Part shown: positions 11,190 through 22,672 of the stretch, piece after piece | Numbering within the stretch: position 1 is the first letter of the stretch | How the letters are laid out: each line of letters starts with the position of its first letter | From: Ramazzottius varieornatus | Taxonomy: Eukaryota > Animalia > Tardigrada | Direction of reading: 5' to 3' | DNA length: 64,000 nucleotides | Assembly (NCBI GenBank): GCA_001949185.1 | Contig: BDGG01000011.1 | Coordinates: 579,552 to 643,551 of the forward strand | Position numbers and translations under genes: made by a program | The notes under the pieces: model-generated | What the model was told of the DNA's origin: nothing | Database searches by the model: none | The model's input: the letters and a program-made list of their open reading frames with translations, nothing else

Positions 11190-14100
11190 AAGAAAAGAAC
11201 GCGCCCCACATGTCTCGAACCCACATTTTTCCCGTTTAAGTTCCTTCCCGGTTCCCGATCCCTCCTCAAACCACTCAAACCTCGTTTACATGGTATACTG
11301 GTTTCTTTGCTAACATAGCAGGCGGCTACCACTGATTTCCTGTATTTTTTACTATGATTTGTTCTGTCTTTGTCATTTTTACAGCAGTGTGAGATTTTCA
11401 AGTGGCCTCTCAGATACTGTATTTTATCTTTTCACGATCCAGTGCTTCTGGCCGGCATTTTATCCCGGTGGAGTTTGATGTTTTATCTTATAGTAAAACT
11501 ATGCACAAATCGAATCAGGTTGAGATCAGAAAGCACTTGAGAATGTATACGGCGTAATTTTCGGGTTTTTTTGAAGACATAGAGAAGGTACAGCAGGCAG
11601 ACTTGTCGACGTCACAGCTCATATACATCCGGCGATTCCGTTTTCTTACAATGATGCTCAAATTCAACTTAAAGGTCTTGCAACCTTCGAATGGTTACAA
11701 GCGCCACAGAGATTTCTTCTCCTCCTGACCAGATTTCGACATCTAAAGTGCGCCGTTTGGACTGTGCTAACCAGCTGAAGCTGACATGAAAGTTCGCGAA
11801 GAGGTCTATTCGACGTGCCGTCCGTCCGACTCCAAGGACAGTCCACCCTGACATGCGCAGTTCCCGTCAGGAAGAGCGGCTGCCTTGTCGCTGCAATGGT
11901 TTAAAGTTCTGATTCAGAGAGACGGCATTGATAAGTAGGTAGACAAATTTTGCTTATACAATTTTTACCTTACTCGGACAGGTATCAACTGTACAACGGG
12001 CGTGGACTTTATGGTCTACCATAATACCTGTTGTTTTAAGTGGTGCTTACTGCTTAGGTGGCTCGTGTGGCAAAACCTGGGTGGAACGGGAACGACCTGG
12101 GAACCTTTCAGACTTCGTGCTTACGAGGAAAATTTATGCACATCTTATTAAGGATCTTAAATTGATGACTGACTTGGTGCTGTATTCCCTATACAAGGAG
12201 GTTGAGTAAGAACCAACCTATTTTTCTTTATTCCGTTCTGTAAGCTTTGTCGCTTTTCAGTTCATGGAGTTTGACACCTAAACTTTTTGTAAGTTTAATA
12301 AGTTTTGTTGAATGGACAAATCCAATCAGATTTGGAATGAAGGAGTGTTCAAATATGTGTCAGAGGTAATTTTCTTTCTTGAAAGACATGGACAAATGCA
12401 GTCAGTAAACCTGTCACAGCTCATTTGCATCGGGGCGATCCCATTGAGTCTCGAAAAGTGTTTTCAGCTCTGCAATAAGTGATTTTTGCGATTCAATCTC
12501 TGGAGATGAACGTCGATATGATGGATAGCCGGAGGGCTTCTGCTGATCTTTGGCGGCTCTATGACGTTGCGACGATGGCGCCGCCGCGCGAGCCGATCCC
12601 GGACTACGCGACCCGCTGGCAGCGGGCTTGTCCGAGCTTAGTGAGGCCAATTCCCGTTGTCCCCGGATCAACGAGCAGAATTGGCTGTGCTCCTGACAGA
12701 AATCAGCTGGAAGAACGGTTAGACCGAGACCAGGAAGCTGTGTTAAACTCTTCCCGTCCCAGCTGCTTGTCCCTGAAAAGTTAACAATAAATTACATGGT
12801 AATGATCGTTCTTCAGTAATAATCCACTGAGATCAATCCTTACCAAAATGTGCAGCGTTCGCTGTAGTAACAAAATTGTCGGCAAAGGTTTGCTGATGCG
12901 CTGTAGAGTTCACGGTTTCCTGCGACCTGGTATTTCGTATTTTCTGGAAAGACAGGAAGACAAATTACTCCATATCTACCACATTACTGTAATCAACCCA
13001 GGCAAGCATCACTCTGTGTATCTAAGAAGTAATAAATGTTGTACTTACGATCCGAAATGAGTTTCCGTTGAGACCATCGAGTGCCTTCAAAGACCTGAGA
13101 AACCGCCGATCGGTGCGCGATTCCGATAACACCAACATTCTGACATCTAGGGAACGGGAAACAAACGCTACCCGTAACGCGCTGTCAAGTACAGCCCAGT
13201 AAGTCGACCGAATTCCGGTATCACTGTGAATATATAATGGAAACTGGCGATATACAGCTGCCATTGCTAATTTTTTTACGTTTTGTCTCCCTTACCTGCT
13301 GTTCGAACTCGCCTCATGAGCTCGAGGCGATAATTGCGGCTGATACTTGACCACGGATATGTACAAGAATTCCCGTGACGCGTGTAGAACAGCGCAGATG
13401 GCCTCGACATTAGTTAACAATTCAAAAGGAAAAGCTGAGGGTAATCGAGACGACATTCGCTGATCCGCATAATGGAAGCTTGTGGAAACATTAATACTGC
13501 TGGAAGCCACAAATGGCATCGTCATCTGTCAAAACAAACAGGAAATCAAAATGGCAAAATCACACAAGGCAGGTACAGTAAAATTTTATGTTTGATCGGC
13601 CAAGTAACTTACGGAAATAGGAAAGGCACTGTCGAAGGGATCCGGAACTGTCATTCTTTCTTTGAATTTGTTCTGCCCGACGGGGTGGGTAGTATCGACG
13701 GAGGACTGCGCTTGGTACCAGTAAGTTTGAAAGACTCGCTGCAGGTCAGGTACAAGTGAAGAACATGAGCAATTATGGGCGCCGAGAACCCAGTTATCCT
13801 TTTGGTAGTCTAGAGGCATCGTGCTGGACGATATGGCAAAATGCGCCTGATCAACTAAAACCATCTCCGGTAGGGAATACAAGCCTGGACGTTGGAAGTT
13901 ATCAATAACACTCAGCGTTCGAATGTCGGGATGGCTCTCTTGGTTAGGTTGCAGGTCCAACCAGCATGTAATGTCGAGATCATTCTCTGTTTGTGCTAGT
14001 AGGAGAATGACTCGTATCCTGATTGCTGGATCCACCGGGAGTGCCTTCAGGTGTGACGGTTTCCGGCATTTGGAGTAAACTATGAGTAGATCGATGGTAG

Positions 14101-14544
14101 ATTCAGCTAAAGCCATGAGCTCATTCCATCTTGTGAAGGGCTTTGTTTCGACATGAGAGTTTTCCTGCTCTGAATGACCTGGATGGAACAATATCCTACA
14201 GCAGAGAAACAAGGCGTCAAAGGTTGACATTTTCTATCCGTAATCAACTGGCAGAATGTTAGGCTAAGAGATCCGGTTGAGACCGAACCATGGCCAAAAA
14301 AATCATATCTTCTGTTTTTGCCAGATGAGGACTGTGTCGAATATAGAGACAATATATACCGGCAAGTGACGTTGCATAGTTCACCGTGACTATCTCGGCC
14401 ATTGTCGTCAGGTATTTTCTCATTGCCAAACATGGGAATGCAAATGAGCAGAAGAACTAAGAAGGCGATAATACTAACAGGAAAACACCTGGAAGGAATA
14501 AATATGATTAGAGCTACTGATATTTGTAAGAAGAATGATAACCT

Positions 14545-14651
14545 CTCGGCAAACGATCGTTTCTCTATGTGGCGCACGTTTGCGGACAAAATCACTGAAA
14601 CGTGTTCCACTGGGGAAAACGATCTTGTCGAGTCTGTTTGCCGAGCTTCCA
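14545..14651. repeat. Palindromic element (26-nt spacer variant)
   Basis: ATGTGGCGCA 14567-14576, 26 nt, TGTTCCACTGGGGAAAACGATCTTGTCGAGTCTGTTTGCCGAGCTTCCA (near-consensus right arm). Confidence 0.75.
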
Positions 14652-16250
14652 TGTTGAATAAGCGTACCAAGGCTCGATTTTTCTTCGTGAAGCGGAGCCA
14701 TCTTTCTCCTTAAATTTAGGTTGAGAAAGTTCGAGTTCCAGAGCCACAAAGTCCGCGCGGTTTTGCGCCGCCAAAACAGTCTGCAAAGCAAAAGATGAAG
14801 GCATACTCAAGAGAACAAGTATGCGAGGAACGGAGGAGGCGAGCATATTAAGGCAAGGGAAGCTGAACCTGACGATGCCTTCCGAGACCGGTGACATGAC
14901 CCGCCATGGCAGCAGGAGGGTCTTTCTGTCTTAGGGAGATGAAGCAATTAACCGAGTTCGACATGGTAATTGAAGTGTCGGATGCAACATCAATCGGAAG
15001 TGCTTTTCCAGATTCTATACGCCTCTTGCCGACAAAGTTGCCGGCACATTTAAGCGCTGCTTCACAGCGTCACGCCCTTGTGAATCAACGCTTTTACTCA
15101 CACCTAAACCTGTGAACCGTAACACGAAAGTCGCAACATCAAACGAGGAAAATAAAGTGAGGCGAGTAGTAACACTTTCAAAGTCAATCTCGATGCAGAT
15201 CGCAGATGAAGTCAATTGTGTGACACTAATACTGTAGCTGTGAACGCGGGCGATTGTCAATACAGTTTGTGAAATAGAGCTGTATAGACCATTTGTATGC
15301 GTCCAAATTAGCTGACATAGTATTCCCCAAAGACTGATATATTTACGTGCTAGCCGTGAACGAGCATCCGAAACAGCCGTTTCTGTGACCAAGGAATTTA
15401 CAAATAGAAAGCATTGGGCGTATGCTTTTAAAATGCCGCCTAACGAAATTACATACAGCTTGCTGTTCTGCTCTTGCATGTAGAGGTATGCTGTTTGTGT
15501 TCGATTAGCAAGCATATGGCCTCTGGCTTGTTGAGTTTGGAGGATGTTTGTTGCATCAGCTGGCTCAGCGAGCACGTTTGGGATTCAAAGGCGGAAATGG
15601 CGAGGCTTCAGAGAGCTCAGACGGAAGTGGGAGAAGTGCTTATCCTCATGAAGCGTTTTGATGGATCCTGGTTGCGCTCGATTACTAGCTGTCCGCATGT
15701 ACTTGCTAAAGCTTCGGGGAAGTGGGCGGTTGGATCGGAAAGTTCAGTTACAGATGTATATCGTTTTAATTACCGCACCCATGTCGAGGATGTATTTTCT
15801 GTTCCATTCGAGTTGGACGTATATGCGGCACTCATAGTTTGATCGAAGGCAGTACAGTAAGGACCAATGCTCTTGGCCTTGTCCATGACGCATCTATGCT
15901 TCGGTAGCGTTGCTCTCGTGCGGAATTATCCGAAAAACGGGGAGGTGGTGACGAAAGCTAACGATACGAGAACATTTGGCTTTTTGTAATCGGAATGGGT
16001 ACACTTTAAGCCTTAATGTTAACGAGGATCTATTGGAGGGCAAGTCTGGTGCCACTAGTCCCGGATAACGATTCATCTTGCAGACGGGAACTAAGAACCT
16101 GACCTGGGTGTATCAATAGTGTGCGCTCAAGTGGTGCCCTCTATCGATCCTCAGGCGAACGTTTGACAGCGGGCCACGGCGGCGTCACGAAAGAGTTAAC
16201 ACGAGAGAAGGACCAGATCGACGTCCTTTGCCGCGCCGCTTTTGATCAAG

Positions 16251-16458
16251 TACTGTATTCCCTCGAAAGTTCTGCGAATCACGTGACTATCGTGGTAAAT
16301 ATCATCGGGCGGGGAACAGAAAGTATCTATACCTTCAATCAAAGACTGCTCTCCAGTCAAGTGTAATGATGGGCGACAATCAAACAATCAGGGATACCAG
16401 TGCGGTGTGATGACTGGTATGATGACGTAATTCGCAGAACTATCGAGGGAATACAGTA
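16251..16458. mobile_element. MITE family B copy 1 (208 bp)
   Basis: TIRs TACTGTATTCCCTCGAAAGTTCTGCGAAT / ATTCGCAGAACTATCGAGGGAATACAGTA; near-identical copy at 18031-18234. Confidence 0.85.
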
Positions 16459-17353
16459 TTCTTTACCAATTGTGGGTTAAGAAAAGCATGCGCATTGTTT
16501 AGAGTGTTTAGAGTAATTATCTGAGATTAATAGGACTAATTTTCAGTGCATGTGGCATTACTTCAACTTACCTCGGCGAATAACTCTTCTTGATTGTACA
16601 AATCCATAATTCACAAGCGTGCTTCTTTCATTGGCTCGGAATTTATCATCGAAGATCCACGGACTGTTCTAGTTAGGAAGACAGCGGGTGGTAAGTCATC
16701 GTCCGACAGCGTCTGTGTAGGTATTGCGCAGCCCTTCTATACACGATTTCCGGGAGGCTACTCTACTGGGAAGGTCCCTCTCGCGGTGCACGATGACGTT
16801 CCAGAAAACTGAAAAAACCGATTTCATGTCTCTTAAGCCTGGTTCTCGGTAGTTTAAGCCTGGTTCTCGGTGTATTACACAAGACTATGACCAATGTCGA
16901 ACACAGAACGATGTTTCGGTAGCAATGATGTACAGCACGCTGAGTCGGCAAACTTGAGGTCCTAAGTGGTCCAGACAACTGAGCACATCGATGCTTCGCC
17001 GACGAGTCCCCTGAGGTGAAGAAAGACTTAAGTGCAGGTGTAGCTTGAGCACACAATCAATACTGGCTGGGGAGTCGTTTTGAGCAAGGTCGTCTTCCGA
17101 TTGACTTGAACTGCTAACTGGAGGCAGTAAAGTACATCTGTCTTCATTGTAGTCTAGTTGAAAAATGACCGATGTGAGGCGGTCTGGCTTCCGCTGGGGC
17201 TTCGTGCACCTCCTCTGGAGCGGCAACTGCGACAAGCTTTTCCCATTTGTGCTGACGTCAAAGCGGCAACAAAGCACAAGAATACCTAGCTGTACATGGC
17301 TAATAATGCTCACATCCAAGTCGCGCACCTGTTCCGAGTACCTAGCTGCGGCA

Positions 17354-17500
17354 TACTGTAATGCTTCATAAACTTCGCCAAGCACGTCATCATACGCGTA
17401 CAGTTGAAACCCGGTCCGAAAATTTTGCCCTACCAACCCCCTAAGGGATGTTTCGCGCGTATGATGACGTGCTTCGCGAAGTTCATGAAGCATTACAGTA
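17354..17500. mobile_element. MITE family C copy 1 (147 bp)
   Basis: Long TIRs TACTGTAATGCTTCATAAACTTCGCCAAGCACGTCATCATACGCG; further copies at 22245-22391 and 49974-50116. Confidence 0.85.
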
Positions 17501-18030
17501 CAGGTCTAGGTTTTCCGACATGAATGCATGGATTGTGATTGATTAACGCACGAACTGAGCGGTATCACGGATAAAGGCGCGGGACGGCGAGAACGGGAAT
17601 GCTTGGAACGGTTTAACTGAAAACGACAGCCATCAACCGTGATGGAAATTTCATGTCTCGGAGCAGCAATTTAGGGTCGAAGCGGATAGTTAACAGAGCC
17701 CGGCGAGACTGATTAGGACAGGCATGACTGATTCTGTCTACATCCAGCTAATAACTCCACCTTTTTAAGAGACCGTACGAACATTTTATAGTCTCGAGGG
17801 ATACCGTTAAGGTTTTTTGAAGATCGTGTAGTGGCGTGGTCCGCCGCAACGGAAACCGCAGGTACACGCACGGGTCTCATTTGTTGGAGGGGACGAAGTT
17901 GTTGGACAGCAGCTTTAAAACGGCGGCTCCACTCGCCTTATTCACTCATAATGCAAAATACTGAACCGCCGTCCAACAATTTCGCCCCGGCCAACAATTG
18001 GGACCAGTGCGTGTATACTGTGTAAGATTG

Positions 18031-18234
18031 TGTACTCCCTCGAAAGTTCTGCGAATCACGTGACTATCGTGGTAAATATCATCGGGCGGGGAACAGAAAG
18101 TATCTATACCTTCAATCAAAGACTGCTCTCCAGTCAAGTGTAATGACGGGCGACAATCAAACAATCAGGGCTACCAGTGCGGGTGTAATTTACTGGCATG
18201 ATGACGTAATTCGCAGAACTATCGAGGGAGTACA
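18031..18234. mobile_element. MITE family B copy 2
   Basis: Interior nearly identical to 16251-16458 (the same spurious MFDCRPSLHLTG... ORF appears in the track for both); ends TGTACTCCCTCG...CGAGGGAGTACA. Confidence 0.85.
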
Positions 18235-18561
18235 TAACCAAAAATGAAGAGAAGTTTGTCAGCATGCACACAAGAAAGTACGACGGAGTACAGACTGGAA
18301 ACCTCGTTGGTAGCAAATTTCGAAAGGACAAATTTCAACAATTTCACACCAGTCGGTCCATATATGGTGCAATACAACATTCATGCAGGCTATGAACGAA
18401 AAACCAAGAAGACATGATCGAAAGTACAGAAGCATGACGTTTCAGCCCCACGTCTGCAGACTCGCGCAATTACTGCTCCTGGTCATGACTGAAGGAATTG
18501 GTGATCGAGCCTACCAATGACCGTTTTCTTCCTGAACTTTCTTCTGCAACTCCGCATTTCG

Positions 18562-19700
18562 CTAGCAGACCGGCCCGTTCTCGTATAAGCTACTGAGCTG
18601 CTCTTCGTCGCTCAAACTCTTCCGGAGGAATGCCTCCGCCTGGTTGATCAACGGTAGCCAGATGCAGTCTTGCACAGCATACGCTGTCCTGATGTACGTC
18701 ACCGTCACCGTCACCGCGAGTATCGTCGCGATGACGTCATCCTTGAGCTTACCGCTCATGACATCAGCCATCTTAATTCCGGCCAGTTCCTCCAGTTCCT
18801 TTCCGGCTTCCCAAGAACTATCCCATCGCTAGAGTTCCAGAATGGCATTCAACTTTGAAACAGATCTCTGAACCATAGCGTTCACATTGCTTGAACTCGT
18901 GCCACTGATCCGATGAACCTGAGCACACGGTGGTTCAAGCTCCCTACTCATATCCCGCGCTGATTCACTAAAATGTCGTACCATAGGAGCGAGCTGCAGC
19001 GAATTGTCTTCCCTTTCTGCTTCCTGCTGGTCGTTTGTGATTTTGGTTATGTATCCAGGTTACCCGGGAAACCTCCTTTCTCATCTTTAACACGTATGTC
19101 AGAGAATATCTAGCTTCCTTCGATTTCCCTACGTGATGGAATACCACAGATGGCTGATGGGTGCTATTGGTGTCTCGTTCAAAGAAAGCATAACCAAAAG
19201 TCGCTCGTTCTGGAAGACCGGTGGGAGTTTTGTGGGGACTTGTTGAACGTCCTTGACACCTTCCCGTAAAATAGTGGCATTCGTTATAACCGGTTGCAGT
19301 GCGCGATTTAGGTGGTGCCCCATTCTATTCTCCAGGATCTTTCTCGTAATCGCCAATCATAAAAGTTGGAACAAATGTTCTAATTTAAAGTTTGGCTTTG
19401 ATCTCCGATAAAAGACCGCCCTTTTTTGACGAATTCGGCTTTACAATTTCCCGCCATGGCGATACCGTTGAGCAAAGAGATCGACTGGGATTTTGCCCCA
19501 ATCCATTTGCAAAGACGAGCGTCTTTTCGGCGTTCTGTGCCACTAGCTGGATAACTCTTGAGTGTTCGTCACTTCTCCATCACTTAGAACGAACAATTCT
19601 CTCGCGTATTCCTTCTTTACTCGGTCGGAATCGTTTGCTTGCAAAATTTCCGTGCCACCTAAATCAGCCTGACTTCCTTTGGCTTACTCAGTACCTTGTG
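18562..19700 (-). pseudogene. VWA5A-like (VIT-vWA family) gene remnant
   Basis: Collinear blocks WIGAKSQSISLLNGIAMAGNCKAEFV (end of vWA domain), HHLNRALQPVIT...PPVFQNERLLV and ILEL*RWDSSWE...VIATILAV...IWLPLINQAEAFLRK (VWA5A C-terminal motif); in-frame stops present and no 5' part visible. Confidence 0.6.
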
Positions 19701-21423
19701 CGACAGTCTTCTCCGTGTACGGCAGGCTTTTCGGGAAAAGATACTGAAACGAAGAGCCGAAACGGAAGAAGTTAAATATGCAACCTTCTGGAATAATGGG
19801 GAGGGATATCTGCATCGAATTTCGCGCTTTATCAGTCTTCCTCTCGGAGTACACCGCACTAGGGGATCCTGGGTGTTGGTAGCAATACGTACTATGAGTC
19901 TACTAAATTGCACATGTGTGCGCATCACATGTGAATTTCGATTTTCCCATTCAATCAATCAAAAACTGCATTCAATTGCTTGATTAATGAAATCGGTGTT
20001 CAGTTTTCTCTTTGATTGATGGCTAGAATTTTTTGATTGTTCCAGCGATTTTTGTTCGGTTGATTGTTTGATTGACTTTCATTGATTTCTGATGACCCGG
20101 TTCACCCGGACTGATGATTGATAAGACCGACTTGGTTCGGTCTTTGGCCGAGAGATCGGGCCAAGTCGGTGGCCGGATGACAGGCTGTAGTGTCTGATGA
20201 AAGTCCGACATGACAGTCTGTCGGTCGGCCACGCGATGTCACACCACTTTCTGACAAATCTCATGTGTGCCGTCGTAGCTGTCTAATTCTCTCGTTTAGC
20301 CCTGTCGTCCGACTAACTTTTTCGGAACTAGAACTCTTCCTGCCACCTCCTTCCGATCTCATTCCGTTTAGCTGGGTGTTGGCAAAATTATAGTCTTCAG
20401 GGATCGTCTGATAAACGAAAGATCCATCTTTCGCCAGAATATTCAATTTGAGATTTCTCTACAGACTGAATCATTAGGGCCTCTACTACAATAAACCCCA
20501 TGTTTTGAAACAGATTTCCGAAGCTGCACAAGACAACTCTGCAATGCTTTGCCACCATGGCAAAACGTGAGAAGATGCAGGTGACTTTTCCAGTGCTTGC
20601 GGCTCAAACTCTAGGGCTTCTGGGAAGACGTGTGCTAAACTCCACAGAGGAAGGATTGAGGATTAACAGGTGTATTCTTGCTTCTATTCTGGTAATGACA
20701 GCGTCGGAATAGCTTCGGCCTAAATATTTGTGCAGCTTGATTAGTTATCAATGCTGTCTAGCTCTCCTACCAGTAGCGAACGATCTAAAGCATCCCCGAA
20801 TGTTGAAGCCATTCAGTAACAGCAGGGATGTTCAGTGCAGCAAGGTCTGGTAGTGGAGATTAGCTGTTCCCAGAGTATGATTCGGATGTGTTCAGATGTC
20901 TAGAAAATGCCAGGATCAACAAGACTAGTGATGAGATTCGAAGAGAGTGGGCAGAGATGCAGGAAGGTGGTCGGTTGTCGAAGCTAACGGGATCATTCAA
21001 ACAGCGACGAAGTTTCATTATCAACAACTCCGAGAAATTTCAGAAGCCAAAATTTTGCGCATGCATCACCAACCTAGATACCGGCAGACAGCTTGCGCTC
21101 GACCACGTATGCGCCGGTGGAGAAAAGTGTGCGGTAGGTACCTGTCCGGCTCAAACAGAAGTACGGAATACACTTCGCTCGATACTTTGCTAGGTACTCT
21201 TTTTTCTTGGGCTGAGCTCTCCCCCAGGAAGATGCGTTCCGACTTGATGGTAGTCTCAGATCGAGGTGCGGAAAAAAAGCGCAAATTGCTGTTAACTGAC
21301 CATCTTTATTCTCTTTCAACGCAACATAAATTTAGGCGCGTCCCATAGGCAAATTCTTGTCGTAAAAATTTGCCTCATAAAAAAGTGTTCGAACCTGACG
21401 TCCCGACTCGAGTTATCGCCTCC

Positions 21424-21756
21424 GGTCGGTACAAACGCCTGTAGGCCCTCTACCAGGTACCTGCATAAAACGCGTCTAAGAAGTTTCAATTCAAAAACAA
21501 CCGGGAGGGAGTTGGGCGCAGACAGTCTGACACCAGACAATTAGCTAAGAGCACCTGAGCCCTTTTTACCGTATTCGGTCGACGAGAAACCGTTCAGTTC
21601 CACGCAATTTTCGACCAAGCATGGTAAAAAGTGCTCAGATGCGCTTAACTAGTTGTATAGTGTCGGTCTTTCGTGCCGGACTTGCTCCCTACTATTTTTT
21701 GAATAAAAACTTAGGCGCGTTTCATGCAGGTACCGGGTCGAGCCGTTTGTACCGCG
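21424..21756. repeat. Degenerate inverted-repeat (MITE-like) element
   Basis: CGGTACAAACG...GGTACCTGCATAAAACGCGTCTAAG (about 21427-21480) is inverted relative to CTTAGGCGCGTTTCATGCAGGTACC...CGTTTGTACCG (about 21710-21754). Confidence 0.5.
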
Positions 21757-22244
21757 GCATTCTTTGCCGGGACGTGCTAGGCGACGCACGATGAGTACGA
21801 CCTTGTTGTCACTGCGATCACCTCGATCCAGCAGATACGCACTATCGCCCCGTTTCAGCGCCTCGGAATACTCTGATCGCTTCTACCTTCTTCTTCAAGT
21901 GGCTGGTCAGTGTCAAACCGTCGATGTGGACGGTGAAACTTGTGATGGCTGCTTGATCGCTGATGGGGAAGCCGCAAACGCATTTCAGGGCGGTAGCTTT
22001 GCTCTTTTTGTATGATTGATTGATGGAGTGATGCTGATTTCACACGCAAAAGATTCTGCTTTAACGCATACTCGTCCACAGTCAACGGGACAGTTAAGGC
22101 AAACAGTCCTCGGGACTGACTCCAAACGTTATCTTCCATAATAAGAGCTAGTTCACCTGAGCCGGCATGGATGCTCAATAGCTCATTAGAAGCTCTTAAA
22201 CCATTGAAATGTTTTCCGGATAAAGATTGCTGCTTTGTCTAGCA

Positions 22245-22391
22245 TACTGTAATGCTTCATGAACTTTGCGAAGCACATCAGCAAACGCGCGAAACATCCC
22301 TTAGGGGGTTGGTAGGGCAAAATTTTCGGACCGGGGTTCAACTATACGCATTTCATGACGTGCTTCGCGAAGTTCATTAAGCATTACAGTA
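22245..22391. mobile_element. MITE family C copy 2
   Basis: Same TIRs and interior (AAACATCCCTTAGGGGGTTGGTAGGGCAAAATTTTCGGACCGG) as 17354-17500, opposite orientation. Confidence 0.85.
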
Positions 22392-22672
22392 CATCGCATG
22401 TGCGGAAATGGTATGGGATCAACGCGAACAGGGTCGAAGGGAACGAGTTGCAGTCGATACTTTCGTCAATGGCGATCGATTTTATTGACGCGCTGCGCGC
22501 TTTAAGTACTGTACGCCAGTGTTAAAGTGACACGATTGACGTTATTGCTTTTATATGTCAAAAGAATCGGTGTGAGGAACAAATTTTTTTGAATGTTGTC
22601 AGCCAAGATCACGGAGCACGAGCTCGTTAAATATGATCATAGACCAGTTAAAAAAGCAAGAAACGTGTGTAA

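Noticed and set aside
13000-16100. Several 100-214 aa ORFs on both strands
   Set aside because: No recognisable domain and no consistent exon chain; left unannotated.
16885-17493. 202-aa ORF starting MLHELREARHH
   Set aside because: It begins inside MITE C, and the same pseudo-peptide recurs at the 49974 copy.
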